A stretch of DNA of 64,000 bases from an uncultured Planctomycetales bacterium (GCA_964645795.1 CAZYCL010000006.1:5520-69519); one strand, 5' to 3'; positions 39,957 to 48,432 are shown, counted from the first letter of the stretch. A program made the numbers and translations. The notes: generated from the sequence alone by a model not told the origin.

Positions 39957-42824
39957 ATGAAGAAATTAATAATTTCAATAGTAACAACAGGTATTTTTAC
40001 ATTCTCCTCTTTCCTTCCTTTGTTCCAATCTCCTTCTTTTGCCGCCAACCAGGCCGTTGATTACCTGTGCGAACTAGGTATTACTTTCTATAAGCTCGGC
40101 AGGTACGATGAAGCGCTTATGGAGTTCAACAAGACGCTCTTGGTCGACCCTAAGAACGCCACTGCCAAAAGCTACATCGATAAGATATTCGCCATGAACA
40201 TGAATGCCGACGCTCACGCCGGCTTAAAGGTAGTTTACCGTCCGTCGCCTGAAGCGCAAAGGCCGGCCCCGGTGCAGATGGCGCAGGCCGCTGTTGTGCA
40301 GGCAGCTCCGGCGATGCCGACGAGAAGCGACGCGGTCGCCCGGCCGTCAAAAGAAGACCAGATAAATAACGCCTTTGAAAAGCTGGCCCAGCAGCAGCCT
40401 TCATATGCGACTCCTTCGCCGGCTGCCGGCGGCATGCGCGCTGTGCGCGAAGAGGGGGCTGAGGGCGAAGAGGCGACAAAAGGTTACGAGGTCGCCGGGC
40501 TCAAGGTAACCGGAGAGATGCAGATCTCCGGCGGGGTTACTCCCGATCATACGATATGGAAGAGGGCTAACTATGATCTCAACAGCAAAAATTGGCGCAT
40601 GGGCTCTGACCAGGCTTATAATTACAGGTTCAATACGTACGACCCCCGTATCTATGACAGCCTGAGCGTAAATCTTGATACGGATAACCAGACCGGCTTT
40701 AACTTCCATTCCAACCTTACCGTTGATCCCTGGAGCTTTACCGGCAAAGGCCCCAAGACTACGGTCTCCAGCCTCTGGGGAGATACTGCGGTGATCGAGC
40801 CGAAGTATTGGTCCAATACCGGCTACCTGGTCAACGAAACTTATTACACCAAGAACTTCGGCAACTCCTTTAATCTGCCCGAGACAAAAGTCCAGAACGG
40901 CAAATACGATGCCTTTAACGTAGGAGGGGCATGGGGCGATACTTTTTATATCCCGGGAGCAAAGCTCGACCGCCAGTTCCAGCCGGTTCGCGAGCTCTGG
41001 CTAGATTACCAGCAGGAAGGCTCAAAAATAAGGCTATTCCCCATGGGCTATCAGGACCAGGCATTTTCTTCGGATGACCCTTTGCGCATCACCAACCATC
41101 ATATGTGGTGGGAGAACAGCCTGTGGCTGCGCCGGTATATGCCGGGCAATTACAACTTTGGCCAGGGAGATTTTACCAAAGGTTACTACGATAATTCTTT
41201 GGCGGAGCTAAGCCGCGATAGTAACGGTACGTTCCTGACAGGTTTGCGCGGAGGAAGCGTGGTCCTTGATTCGGGAGAGGGCACGGTATTCTCTACTACG
41301 GTTGCTTCGCCCAAGCATCTCTGGCAGGATTACGAGGAAGTGGACAACCTTATTACTGCCAGCCGGCTCAAGCATAATATTAGCGACAGGATGATGGTCG
41401 GCTCGACTTTTACTTCAAGGACCGCATTCAATACCGAAGACGGCAGTAAGGTCGACGCGACCAACTTTGTGGGAGGCGTGGATTTTGCCTATGAGTTCAT
41501 GGACGGCATAAAATCCACCGCTGAAGTGCTCACCTCGCGCTCCAAGTTCGACAAGACCAGTTCCGGCTATGAGACAGAGTCGCGCGGAAACGCCTATTAT
41601 GCATCTGTTTTCGGGAGGTATCCGTTTAACAGCGTCATGGACCTGGAGTACGGATATGACCAGATCAAGCCCGGAAAAGACGAGAAGTTCATCGTCAAAT
41701 CCCGGATCTTTGCCGCCTATGTTGACGAAGGCTTTACCTCTGCCCTGTCATCATTTCGCAATACCCGCAGCGACGCTTTCTGGTCAAGGCACCTGACCTT
41801 CCGCAGGCCCTTTGATTATTATTACGCGGGGTTAAAAGGCGCCAGCGTCAACTGGGACCAGATCAACGCCGTGCGTATCGGAGACGGTATAGATGTAGGC
41901 CGTAACTCCGTAGGCTTCCGCACCGAAGTGATGCATGAGAAGTTCGATACCTTGACGGATATCCGCAGCGTCCATGATAACAACGGAAAGATAATCGAGA
42001 CGGTCTTTCGCAACGAAGCGACAGTCAGGCTTTCGGATAAGCTGACCGCCAAGGGCCTGACTATTTACCATGATCTTCCCCAGACAGCGGCAGGGGTCGA
42101 CCCGTACCTCATCGATGCCAATACCGGATTATTCCTGGCTGATTGGTCGGCAAACCCCATTGACGGCGACAGGGATCCTTCGGTCTTTACCGGTTCATTC
42201 GGGCTGGAGTATGCTTTTTATGAATGGCTGGCAGCTAACTTCGTCTTCGAGCGCACCAACGATCATAACCTGGGCTATGGCAGTTTCCCGCGCAGCGTGC
42301 TTATCGGAGGGATGCCCGGGCTGCTCTGGTATGAGGAAGGGCGGAACTTTCGCGCCAATCAGGTATTCCTTTATGACCAGCAGCTTTTTCCCCAGCCGCC
42401 GTTTCATTACTACAATATCTACAAGTGCGGCCTGCGCTTTCAGCCCATTGACAAGATCGATATCTACCTGGATTATACCCGCAACGAATACGCGGTTGCC
42501 GGGCAGAATACCGATAACATGAACCATGTGGGCCTTGAAATGTCATATACTCCTTCGGCAAAGTTCGGCATGGCCTTCAAATACACTTATTCGCGCTGGA
42601 AGGACCTGGACCTGCTTACGCAAGGGGTGACCAAGGTCCGCGGCCACCATAATTTCTTTAGCGAATTACGCTACCTTCCTTCAAGCTCGGATGAGTTTGT
42701 CCTGCAGTACGGCGAGGGAGGCTCGGCTCCCGTGGGCAACATCACCTTCGACCCCTACGGCGGCAACCTCGCTACCCTCGATACCCAGCATATCGTCAGA
42801 GCCTACTATCGTAGGCGTTTTTAG
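39957..42824 (+). CDS. Large secreted protein (955 aa): signal peptide, TPR-like helical segment, Ala/Pro/Gln-rich linker and ~750-aa beta-rich domain ending in an aromatic C-terminal strand (probable outer-membrane beta-barrel)
   Basis: N-terminal MKKLIISIVTTGIFTFSSFLPL...SFAANQ signal. C-terminus ...IVRAYYRRRF with terminal Phe, the typical OMP beta-signal. No family recognised. Confidence 0.55.
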   Translation: MKKLIISIVTTGIFTFSSFLPLFQSPSFAANQAVDYLCELGITFYKLGRYDEALMEFNKTLLVDPKNATAKSYIDKIFAMNMNADAHAGLKVVYRPSPEAQRPAPVQMAQAAVVQAAPAMPTRSDAVARPSKEDQINNAFEKLAQQQPSYATPSPAAGGMRAVREEGAEGEEATKGYEVAGLKVTGEMQISGGVTPDHTIWKRANYDLNSKNWRMGSDQAYNYRFNTYDPRIYDSLSVNLDTDNQTGFNFHSNLTVDPWSFTGKGPKTTVSSLWGDTAVIEPKYWSNTGYLVNETYYTKNFGNSFNLPETKVQNGKYDAFNVGGAWGDTFYIPGAKLDRQFQPVRELWLDYQQEGSKIRLFPMGYQDQAFSSDDPLRITNHHMWWENSLWLRRYMPGNYNFGQGDFTKGYYDNSLAELSRDSNGTFLTGLRGGSVVLDSGEGTVFSTTVASPKHLWQDYEEVDNLITASRLKHNISDRMMVGSTFTSRTAFNTEDGSKVDATNFVGGVDFAYEFMDGIKSTAEVLTSRSKFDKTSSGYETESRGNAYYASVFGRYPFNSVMDLEYGYDQIKPGKDEKFIVKSRIFAAYVDEGFTSALSSFRNTRSDAFWSRHLTFRRPFDYYYAGLKGASVNWDQINAVRIGDGIDVGRNSVGFRTEVMHEKFDTLTDIRSVHDNNGKIIETVFRNEATVRLSDKLTAKGLTIYHDLPQTAAGVDPYLIDANTGLFLADWSANPIDGDRDPSVFTGSFGLEYAFYEWLAANFVFERTNDHNLGYGSFPRSVLIGGMPGLLWYEEGRNFRANQVFLYDQQLFPQPPFHYYNIYKCGLRFQPIDKIDIYLDYTRNEYAVAGQNTDNMNHVGLEMSYTPSAKFGMAFKYTYSRWKDLDLLTQGVTKVRGHHNFFSELRYLPSSSDEFVLQYGEGGSAPVGNITFDPYGGNLATLDTQHIVRAYYRRRF

Positions 42825-42964
42825 GTCTTGATTTTCTCCAAAAATAGCTGTAAAATACTATCATCCCGCAACACGATATTCCATTTTCCTCGTAATTAGA
42901 CCGCCTGAGACGAAACAGGTCAACCTGACCTGCCTCCAAGCGTTAAATAAGAGTTCATGTGGAA

Positions 42965-43018
42965 GGGACTGTCCCCGCCAAAGCTATCAATTGCTTGCAT
43001 AAGGGGACTGTCCCTTAC
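42965..43018 (+). repeat. 54-bp direct repeat copy 1 (contains two GGGACTGTCCC quasi-palindromes 43 bp apart)
   Basis: GGGACTGTCCCCGCCAAAGCTATCAATTGCTTGCATAAGGGGACTGTCCCTTAC. 52/54 identical to copy 2 at 43294-43347. Confidence 0.85.
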
Positions 43019-43048
43019 GTAGCAGCTTAAAACACAGGAGGCAGAGGG

Positions 43049-43261
43049 ATGAAGTACGTTGGCCTGACCGACGACCTTGAAGAACGAAAAACCGCACACG
43101 GCAACCCGAGCGACTGGTGGCACAGGACCTTTACCTCTGACAGAGAAGCAAAAGCATGGCTGGAAGAGCTTTCTGCCCAGCCCGGATACACCGGCGGCAT
43201 GCCGACAGTGGGCTGCAAGTTCGGTTATACCTATACGATTACCAGCTCAACTAAGCAGTAA
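43049..43261 (+). CDS. Small hypothetical protein (70 aa) with a partial GIY-YIG-like motif (YVGLTDDLEERKTAH...REAKAWLEEL), lacking the first GIY strand
   Basis: Strong RBS AGGAGG 8 nt upstream. An in-frame stop 21 nt upstream excludes a longer ORF. Flanked by the 54-bp direct repeats. Confidence 0.45.
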   Translation: MKYVGLTDDLEERKTAHGNPSDWWHRTFTSDREAKAWLEELSAQPGYTGGMPTVGCKFGYTYTITSSTKQ

Positions 43262-43293
43262 AATTAAGGCAGTTATAGTTTGCGATGGCAGTA

Positions 43294-43347
43294 GGGACTG
43301 TCCCCGCCAAGGCTATCAATTGCCTGCATAAGGGGACTGTCCCTTAC
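43294..43347 (+). repeat. 54-bp direct repeat copy 2
   Basis: GGGACTGTCCCCGCCAAGGCTATCAATTGCCTGCATAAGGGGACTGTCCCTTAC. Confidence 0.85.
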
Positions 43348-43484
43348 AGAATGGCTGTTCAAGTATTAGCTAGCGGGTCATGTCGTGCAGCAGAATAGCG
43401 AGATGTTCCCAGAGGTGACACCCAACGGAAAAATCTGCTTTACCTGACATAATAACGGCGATTTGGGAAGCGTCTCTGAGTTTT

Positions 43485-43539
43485 AACCAACTAACCACCA
43501 ACAACCTAACCATCCACCAACCCCCATAAACCAACTACT
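43485..43539 (+). other. 55-nt G-free, C/A-rich tract (rut-like Rho-utilisation signature on the + strand)
   Basis: AACCAACTAACCACCAACAACCTAACCATCCACCAACCCCCATAAACCAACTACT contains no G. It lies between the + strand small-ORF cassette and the 3' end of the antisense ORF6N gene. Confidence 0.4.
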
Positions 43540-43554
43540 GCAAATCAGGCTGTG

Positions 43555-44070
43555 CTATCTGCCGAATCCTTTGATCCTGCGTTCGTCTTGTTTCGGCGGT
43601 TTGAGGAGCTGTTTTAGCGCTTGGATGATCGTTAGGATATCTGCATCATGTTTATTGATCCTTGCTTCCAGTCCTGTAAGCTTAAAGGTTATTTCTTTAT
43701 GGCTTGATAATATCTTGCGCAGTTTTATAAAAGCCCGGACTATTAATATGCTCATTTTTACTGCCTGCTCGCTGTTAAGGATACTGGCAAGCATGGTCAC
43801 GCCGTGTTCAGTAAGGACAAAGGGCAGGGAAGCAGAATGTTTCATGGTGCTGAACCGGTGACAAATTGTTACCAGTTCATTCTTTTCCTCCTCGGTTAGC
43901 CGGAACATGAACTCCTGCGGGAATCTGCGGATATTATTTCTTACTTGACGGTTAAGATATTTTGTTTCTACGCCTTAAAGATCAGCCAGATCCCTGCCAA
44001 CCATGTCTTTGTGTTCCCTGATCACAAAAATTCTTTGTTCAAGGTTCTCTTTCGTAATCGCATTTTTCAT
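43555..44070 (-). pseudogene. ORF6N-domain (KilA-N-related) protein gene interrupted by a single in-frame TAA at the position of the conserved Tyr (DLADL*GVETK)
   Basis: ATG at 44070-44068 with AGGAGG RBS encodes MKNAITKENLEQRIFVIREHKDMVGRDLADL. TAA at 43977-43975. The same frame continues GVETKYLNRQVRNNIRRFPQEFMFRLTEEEK... to the stop at 43555. Total 172 codons, matching full-length ORF6N proteins. Confidence 0.8.
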
Positions 44071-44184
44071 GGGTCCTCCTTTGCGCTATAATTGAGGCGC
44101 AAGGGATCTAAATCTAACAGCCTATTTATTCATATTGTTCAATAAAAAAGAGTGCGCTATACTCATCTCAAGCAAGGAGACGGG

Positions 44185-44688
44185 ATGATCGAATCCAGAG
44201 ATCCGCTGGTGGTTTTTATTGCGGCTTTTGCGCCGGTGATTGTTTTATTCTATGCCTTCCGGTGGCAGCGCAGGATATTGCATAAGAACTTTTCAAATGT
44301 GGCCCAAATACTGGGGACCAGCGTAGAGACCCGGTATTACTGGAACCTCTTTCCGGCGCATGTAGTGGAGGCCGTTTACAAGGGAAGGAAGGTAGTTTTC
44401 TGGGCATTAAAGCTTTCTTCCGAGAGCGCATCTATATACATCATTCCCGTCGCTTCATCGCAAACCAACCCCTGGAATATTCTAAGTAGTTACAAGCCTA
44501 CCGAGAACACTTCTTATTCTGCTGCCGAAAACAAGCTCTATTGGGCAAAGAACCTGTTTAAGCTTCCGAGGTTAAGCCAGGCCAGCTTTAAGAAGCGCAT
44601 CCTGGCCGAAGAGGAGCTGCGCTCTGTGCTTAATGACCTTGTTTTAGGCGCGGAGAAAGTCGAATCGAAGCTCGCAGAGAAGAAGTAA
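44185..44688 (+). CDS. Hypothetical membrane-anchored protein (167 aa)
   Basis: RBS AAGGAG 6 nt before ATG 44185. One N-terminal TM helix. No family recognised. Putative TTGTTC-17-TATACT promoter upstream. Confidence 0.5.
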   Translation: MIESRDPLVVFIAAFAPVIVLFYAFRWQRRILHKNFSNVAQILGTSVETRYYWNLFPAHVVEAVYKGRKVVFWALKLSSESASIYIIPVASSQTNPWNILSSYKPTENTSYSAAENKLYWAKNLFKLPRLSQASFKKRILAEEELRSVLNDLVLGAEKVESKLAEKK

Positions 44689-44801
44689 CTGATCTTATAA
44701 CCGGCTGTCCACCAGCTTCCATAAACCTGCCGTTTTCCCGCGTTAGATTTTAGCCTGCCCCGCGTCTATTATGGCGAAAGATGAGAATTCTTTCGCTTGA
44801 C

Positions 44802-44874
44802 CCCCTTGTGGCATAACGGATAATGCTCCACTCTGACTAAGGGGATGATGCGGGTTCGAATCCCGCCAAGGTGG
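44802..44874 (+). tRNA. tRNA-like element resembling tRNA-Val(GAC), probably a pseudogene or remnant (mismatches in acceptor and anticodon stems, U37)
   Basis: Acceptor CCCCTTG / CAAGGTG (1 mismatch), D-arm GCAT-AACGGATA-ATGC, anticodon arm CCACT-CTGACTA-AGGGG (A-G mismatch), T-arm GCGGG-TTCGAAT-CCCGC. A 13-bp inverted copy of the anticodon arm (TTAGTCAGAGTGG) lies at 44962-74. Confidence 0.45.
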
Positions 44875-44992
44875 TTCAAGAACGGGCGCAGTTAGATCCC
44901 GGGGTGGCTGACTGCGCCCTGATTTGTCTTGATTAACCATATCGGATAAACTATACTTATTTTAGTCAGAGTGGAAGTATGCTACGAGTGAA

Positions 44993-45030
44993 GGCGGCCG
45001 TTCGAAAGAACGGGCCGCCTTTGTGTTTGT
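44993..45030 (+). terminator. Hairpin (GGCGGCCGTTC-gaaa-GAACGGGCCGCC) followed by a T-rich tract; terminator between convergent genes
   Basis: 12-bp stem with one bulge, GAAA loop, then TTTGTGTTTGTG. Confidence 0.6.
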
Positions 45031-45050
45031 GACGGACCTACTGGCGCACC

Positions 45051-48000
45051 CTATTCTAGGTAAACGTTAATTTCTTTGATTCTTCTCGAGCGGATCTGGT
45101 CGGCGTAAGGCGCGGGGATGATCGAGGAGGAGAGCGCTACATCCTTGCCCTCGGCATCGGTGAAGGTGATGGTGGTGATGCGGCTGGCTTTTGAGCCGAA
45201 GGTGGCCCTGCGCGAAGGATTGATGTAGTTGACGCGCACTGTCCTTAGGAAGTTGAAGCTGTAATTTCCTTTCTTATCGAAGAGCCAGCCGGCGATTATC
45301 GGCTGGAGCCTGAGCGTAAGATTCCCGGAGATATCCAGGTAAAAGGGCTTGGGCCCCAGGTTCATCATCAGCCACAGGTGTATGAGCTCCGCGGTTGAGC
45401 CGGAGAGCCTTGCCACAAAGCCGTTGCCGTGCAGCTGTTTCTCCGGAAAGGCGCTGCTTACCAAAAATGATGAGTTCTCCAGGATGCTCCTGCCGTAGGC
45501 CTTGGGGTCCTGGAAGCAGATAAGGATATTCTTGAACTCCGCGTAGAACTCTTCGTAAAGCCCCTGCTTCAACAGCTCAAGCAAAAATTTATACTCCATA
45601 TGCAGCCAGACGGATTCGTTTTCCAGCCATCCGGGAGGAAAGACCCGGCAGCGGCCAAGCTCCATAGGCATATCTTTTAGCGATTCGGTTATCTTATACA
45701 TCTTCAGTTTCTTGTCGTAAAGAGCGCTTTTGCGCACCGCCTCATACAGGGCCCTGGCTTCCTGTTTGTCCCGGGCTAAGCGCAGGGCGTGCACCGGAGC
45801 CTCCAGGAACAGGGCGACTTTCTTTTGGCGGAATTCGTCAACTTTGATAAGGGAGTCCCTGATGATAGAGTATTTAGTGACTTCATTTATTAAGTAAGAG
45901 CAGTAGGTCTGTTTTTGCCGGTCATAGGCTTTATTTATTCCGTGGTCAAGCTTCTCAAGTGCGGCATCAAGCAGCTCCAATAGCTGCGAGGCGCTTACCT
46001 CGGTTTCCCTGCCGCTAAAACCGAACTTGGTCTTCTGGCGGTACTCTTCCTTCAGGGTAGAGCTCTCATCCCAATAGGCGATATCCGCAGCTTCGTTGCC
46101 TGCGTTATTCTTAAGTATCCCCCAGATCCCCCAGAGCAGCTCTTTTATCTCTTCGGTAATGTTTACTTTCTCGATATTATTGTCTTTGAGCGCCTTCCTG
46201 GCGACAAGCACCAGCCTTTTTAGCTCTAATGTTTCAGAAACGGATGAGCCGAAGAGCGCGGGCAATCCGTTTAGCGCGTCAAACCAGCTGGGTTTGTCCG
46301 CCTCCATCTCAACGCCTGTGCCGAAGGGGTCAAGCGAGGAGAGTTTGTTCGCCAGGATACAGAGGAGCTTGTTTATGAGGCTGGTATAATAGATCTTGCC
46401 GTGGCCGTAATTGTCCCTTAACAGATGAGGCTGTGAGCCTCTTTTGCGGATGAGCTCTTTTTTCGCGGTATCGGGCGCCAGCGCATGCGACTGCCTGGGG
46501 TGGCCGTCCCTGAGCAAATACTTTTCGCAGCGCGGCTTGACGGTTTCGGTATTGTCAAAGAAGGTGAACTGCTTATTTTCAAAGAATATCTCCCTATACT
46601 TCTCGGGATATAAGGCAAGAAAGCTTTCCAAGAGATCAAGGTTATAGGTCCAGTGGTCGGTCCAGAAACCTTCACCGTGCTCGGCTTCCTGGATCTTGGA
46701 GCAGCAGGAGATGACCGCGCCGATCATATCGTCATAACAGAGGTTTGAAGAGATGCCCTTGGTTTCCAGGAACATGATCAGCTCTCCCGGACTGAAAGGC
46801 CGGGAAGTAAAGGCAATGATCTTGGAGAGGTCTTCGCTGCAAACGTGGTCCTTGAGCTTCCAGGCCAGCTCCACCTCGTCGTTAAGTGAGAAGTTGACGC
46901 CTTTTACCACCAGCGGGTTGAAGCCGTCAGCCTGGATGAGGTTAAAGAAGAGCAGGAGGTTCTCTTCGGCGATATCGGGGTTAAACCAGGCGTCGTTTCG
47001 GCGGTTCTGGTTTGCATCGCGGTAATTGCCGTTGCCCTGCGAAAAGTAGGTGGGTTGAAGCTGGAAGTTGTTATAATCCCTTTCCAGGTCGCCGTGCTTG
47101 CGTGAATAAAGATAAAATACCGACCTTTGGCCCTTTGAGGCGAACACCGTAGGATATCCGCCGCGCAGGACATTGTCCAGGTAGGTCTGGCGGCAGTAAA
47201 GGTCAAACACGCGCGAGCCCGAAGAAGTAAAGATGTCGTCCTGGATGTTGGAGATGATGGCGTTATTTTCCTGCCGTTTTAAGGCCAGGTAATCCGAGGA
47301 GGTGATCATGGCCAGGTTATCGTTGAGCAGTTCTTTATTCCTGGCGTGGCCTACAAGCGCGCAAAGCACGAACTCTTTGCCCGGGGCCAGATTTACATTA
47401 ACGGGGACAAAGGAGCAGGGGGTCTTGCTTTTCAGTATCTCGCTCTTTGGCGGGGCAAACCGGGAGTTTTTGACGAACCGGTAGGGCAGGGAAAGGTCCA
47501 GGACCTCTCCGAATACATTGTCGGGGTTGATTATCGGCCGGATGATCCCGCTCTTCTTGGCGCCCTGCGCAAAGCCCAGATAAAAATGCCCTTCGTGGAT
47601 ATGGGTGACCTCGGGCCTGTCAGCAGGGTCGACCATCAGCTTAAAGAAGGGCGTCTTTTTTTCCATATTCTGCGCTTCCATCCAGGCCTCGATAGTCCGG
47701 CTCATCTTTTTCTGGCAGAACTCATTGGTCCCGAAGGGAAGTATCTGGCTCAAGCCGTCAAGCATCTGGAGGCTGCGGGATGACCTGGAGGCGTTCTTTA
47801 AGGTGACTATGCGCGCCAGGGCCGCAAAGGGAGAGTTCGGTATTCCGAAGTACTCGACTTTTATCTGCAGGCCCAGGGAGCGGTTGGTTTCCTCGATGGC
47901 CAGCTCTGCCGCCGAAATGAGCATGCGGTTTTCGATATCAAAGCCCAGGTTTGTAAAACCGTTGTGGAAGGGCTCATAGAAAAAGCTTTTTGAGCCGGAG

Positions 48001-48281
48001 TTCACTTTTATGAAGGTGCGAAAGCCGTGGGTGGAGACCGTCTGCCAGGCTTTATTGACAGGGTAGTACTCCAGTATCGCGTGGTCCTTGTCTTTTATTC
48101 CTAAGCAGGAAATGCCCTGGGCGCGGTTTACGTAAAATGCCCATAAGGGGATGCCGTACTTTCCAGCGATACCGGGGAAGAAGTTAGCAAAGGGCTTGGA
48201 AAGGTTGTAATTCTCGATTACGAACCGGCCTTCTTCAGTAAGGTAATAGCGGACTTTTTTCTCTTTGGTTTTTTTGGCCAT
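45051..48281 (-). CDS. Large uncharacterised protein (~1076 aa from MAKKTKEKK; an alternative TTG start at 48413 would give 1120 aa). Possibly a glycoside hydrolase/phosphorylase-like protein (unverified)
   Basis: Single uninterrupted minus-strand ORF. Motifs such as YRDANQNRRND, EAEHGEGFWTDHWTYNLD and KPSWFDALNGLP recall (alpha/alpha)6-barrel glycosidases/phosphorylases, but I cannot confirm the family. Putative TAGACA-16-TAGAAT promoter upstream of ATG 48281. Confidence 0.55.
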   Translation of the reverse strand: MAKKTKEKKVRYYLTEEGRFVIENYNLSKPFANFFPGIAGKYGIPLWAFYVNRAQGISCLGIKDKDHAILEYYPVNKAWQTVSTHGFRTFIKVNSGSKSFFYEPFHNGFTNLGFDIENRMLISAAELAIEETNRSLGLQIKVEYFGIPNSPFAALARIVTLKNASRSSRSLQMLDGLSQILPFGTNEFCQKKMSRTIEAWMEAQNMEKKTPFFKLMVDPADRPEVTHIHEGHFYLGFAQGAKKSGIIRPIINPDNVFGEVLDLSLPYRFVKNSRFAPPKSEILKSKTPCSFVPVNVNLAPGKEFVLCALVGHARNKELLNDNLAMITSSDYLALKRQENNAIISNIQDDIFTSSGSRVFDLYCRQTYLDNVLRGGYPTVFASKGQRSVFYLYSRKHGDLERDYNNFQLQPTYFSQGNGNYRDANQNRRNDAWFNPDIAEENLLLFFNLIQADGFNPLVVKGVNFSLNDEVELAWKLKDHVCSEDLSKIIAFTSRPFSPGELIMFLETKGISSNLCYDDMIGAVISCCSKIQEAEHGEGFWTDHWTYNLDLLESFLALYPEKYREIFFENKQFTFFDNTETVKPRCEKYLLRDGHPRQSHALAPDTAKKELIRKRGSQPHLLRDNYGHGKIYYTSLINKLLCILANKLSSLDPFGTGVEMEADKPSWFDALNGLPALFGSSVSETLELKRLVLVARKALKDNNIEKVNITEEIKELLWGIWGILKNNAGNEAADIAYWDESSTLKEEYRQKTKFGFSGRETEVSASQLLELLDAALEKLDHGINKAYDRQKQTYCSYLINEVTKYSIIRDSLIKVDEFRQKKVALFLEAPVHALRLARDKQEARALYEAVRKSALYDKKLKMYKITESLKDMPMELGRCRVFPPGWLENESVWLHMEYKFLLELLKQGLYEEFYAEFKNILICFQDPKAYGRSILENSSFLVSSAFPEKQLHGNGFVARLSGSTAELIHLWLMMNLGPKPFYLDISGNLTLRLQPIIAGWLFDKKGNYSFNFLRTVRVNYINPSRRATFGSKASRITTITFTDAEGKDVALSSSIIPAPYADQIRSRRIKEINVYLE

Positions 48282-48378
48282 TGGTCGATGGGATATATAG
48301 TTAAGTATTCTACAGGAATTCTGGGATTTGTCTATATTTTTATACGTAAGAAATTCCGGGGCCTTAAGCACTAATATT

Positions 48379-48407
48379 TTGACTTTCTCCGTAAAGGGTG
48401 ATAATAT
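48379..48407 (+). promoter_or_regulatory. Putative gatCAB promoter TTGACT-17-TAATAT with AAAGGAGG RBS at 48422-29
   Basis: -35 at 48379-84, -10 at 48402-07, ATG 48433. Confidence 0.55.
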
Positions 48408-48432
48408 ATACAATCTATATTAAAGGAGGATC

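Noticed and set aside
42965-43347. Whether the 54-bp direct repeats are integron attC sites or a CRISPR array
   Set aside because: No R''/L''/L'/R' core sites (GTTRRRY / RYYYAAC), no adjacent intI, only two copies, and a 275-bp coding spacer; neither attC nor CRISPR.
44790-44980. tmRNA (ssrA) tRNA-like domain
   Set aside because: The T-arm is tRNA-like, but there is no GGGG...CCACCA acceptor pairing and no tag-peptide reading frame with a resume codon. The cloverleaf fits a degenerate tRNA instead.
47346-47783. 145-aa + strand ORF inside the large minus-strand gene
   Set aside because: Embedded antisense in a continuous 3.2-kb ORF. No RBS, and a composition typical of an antisense frame.
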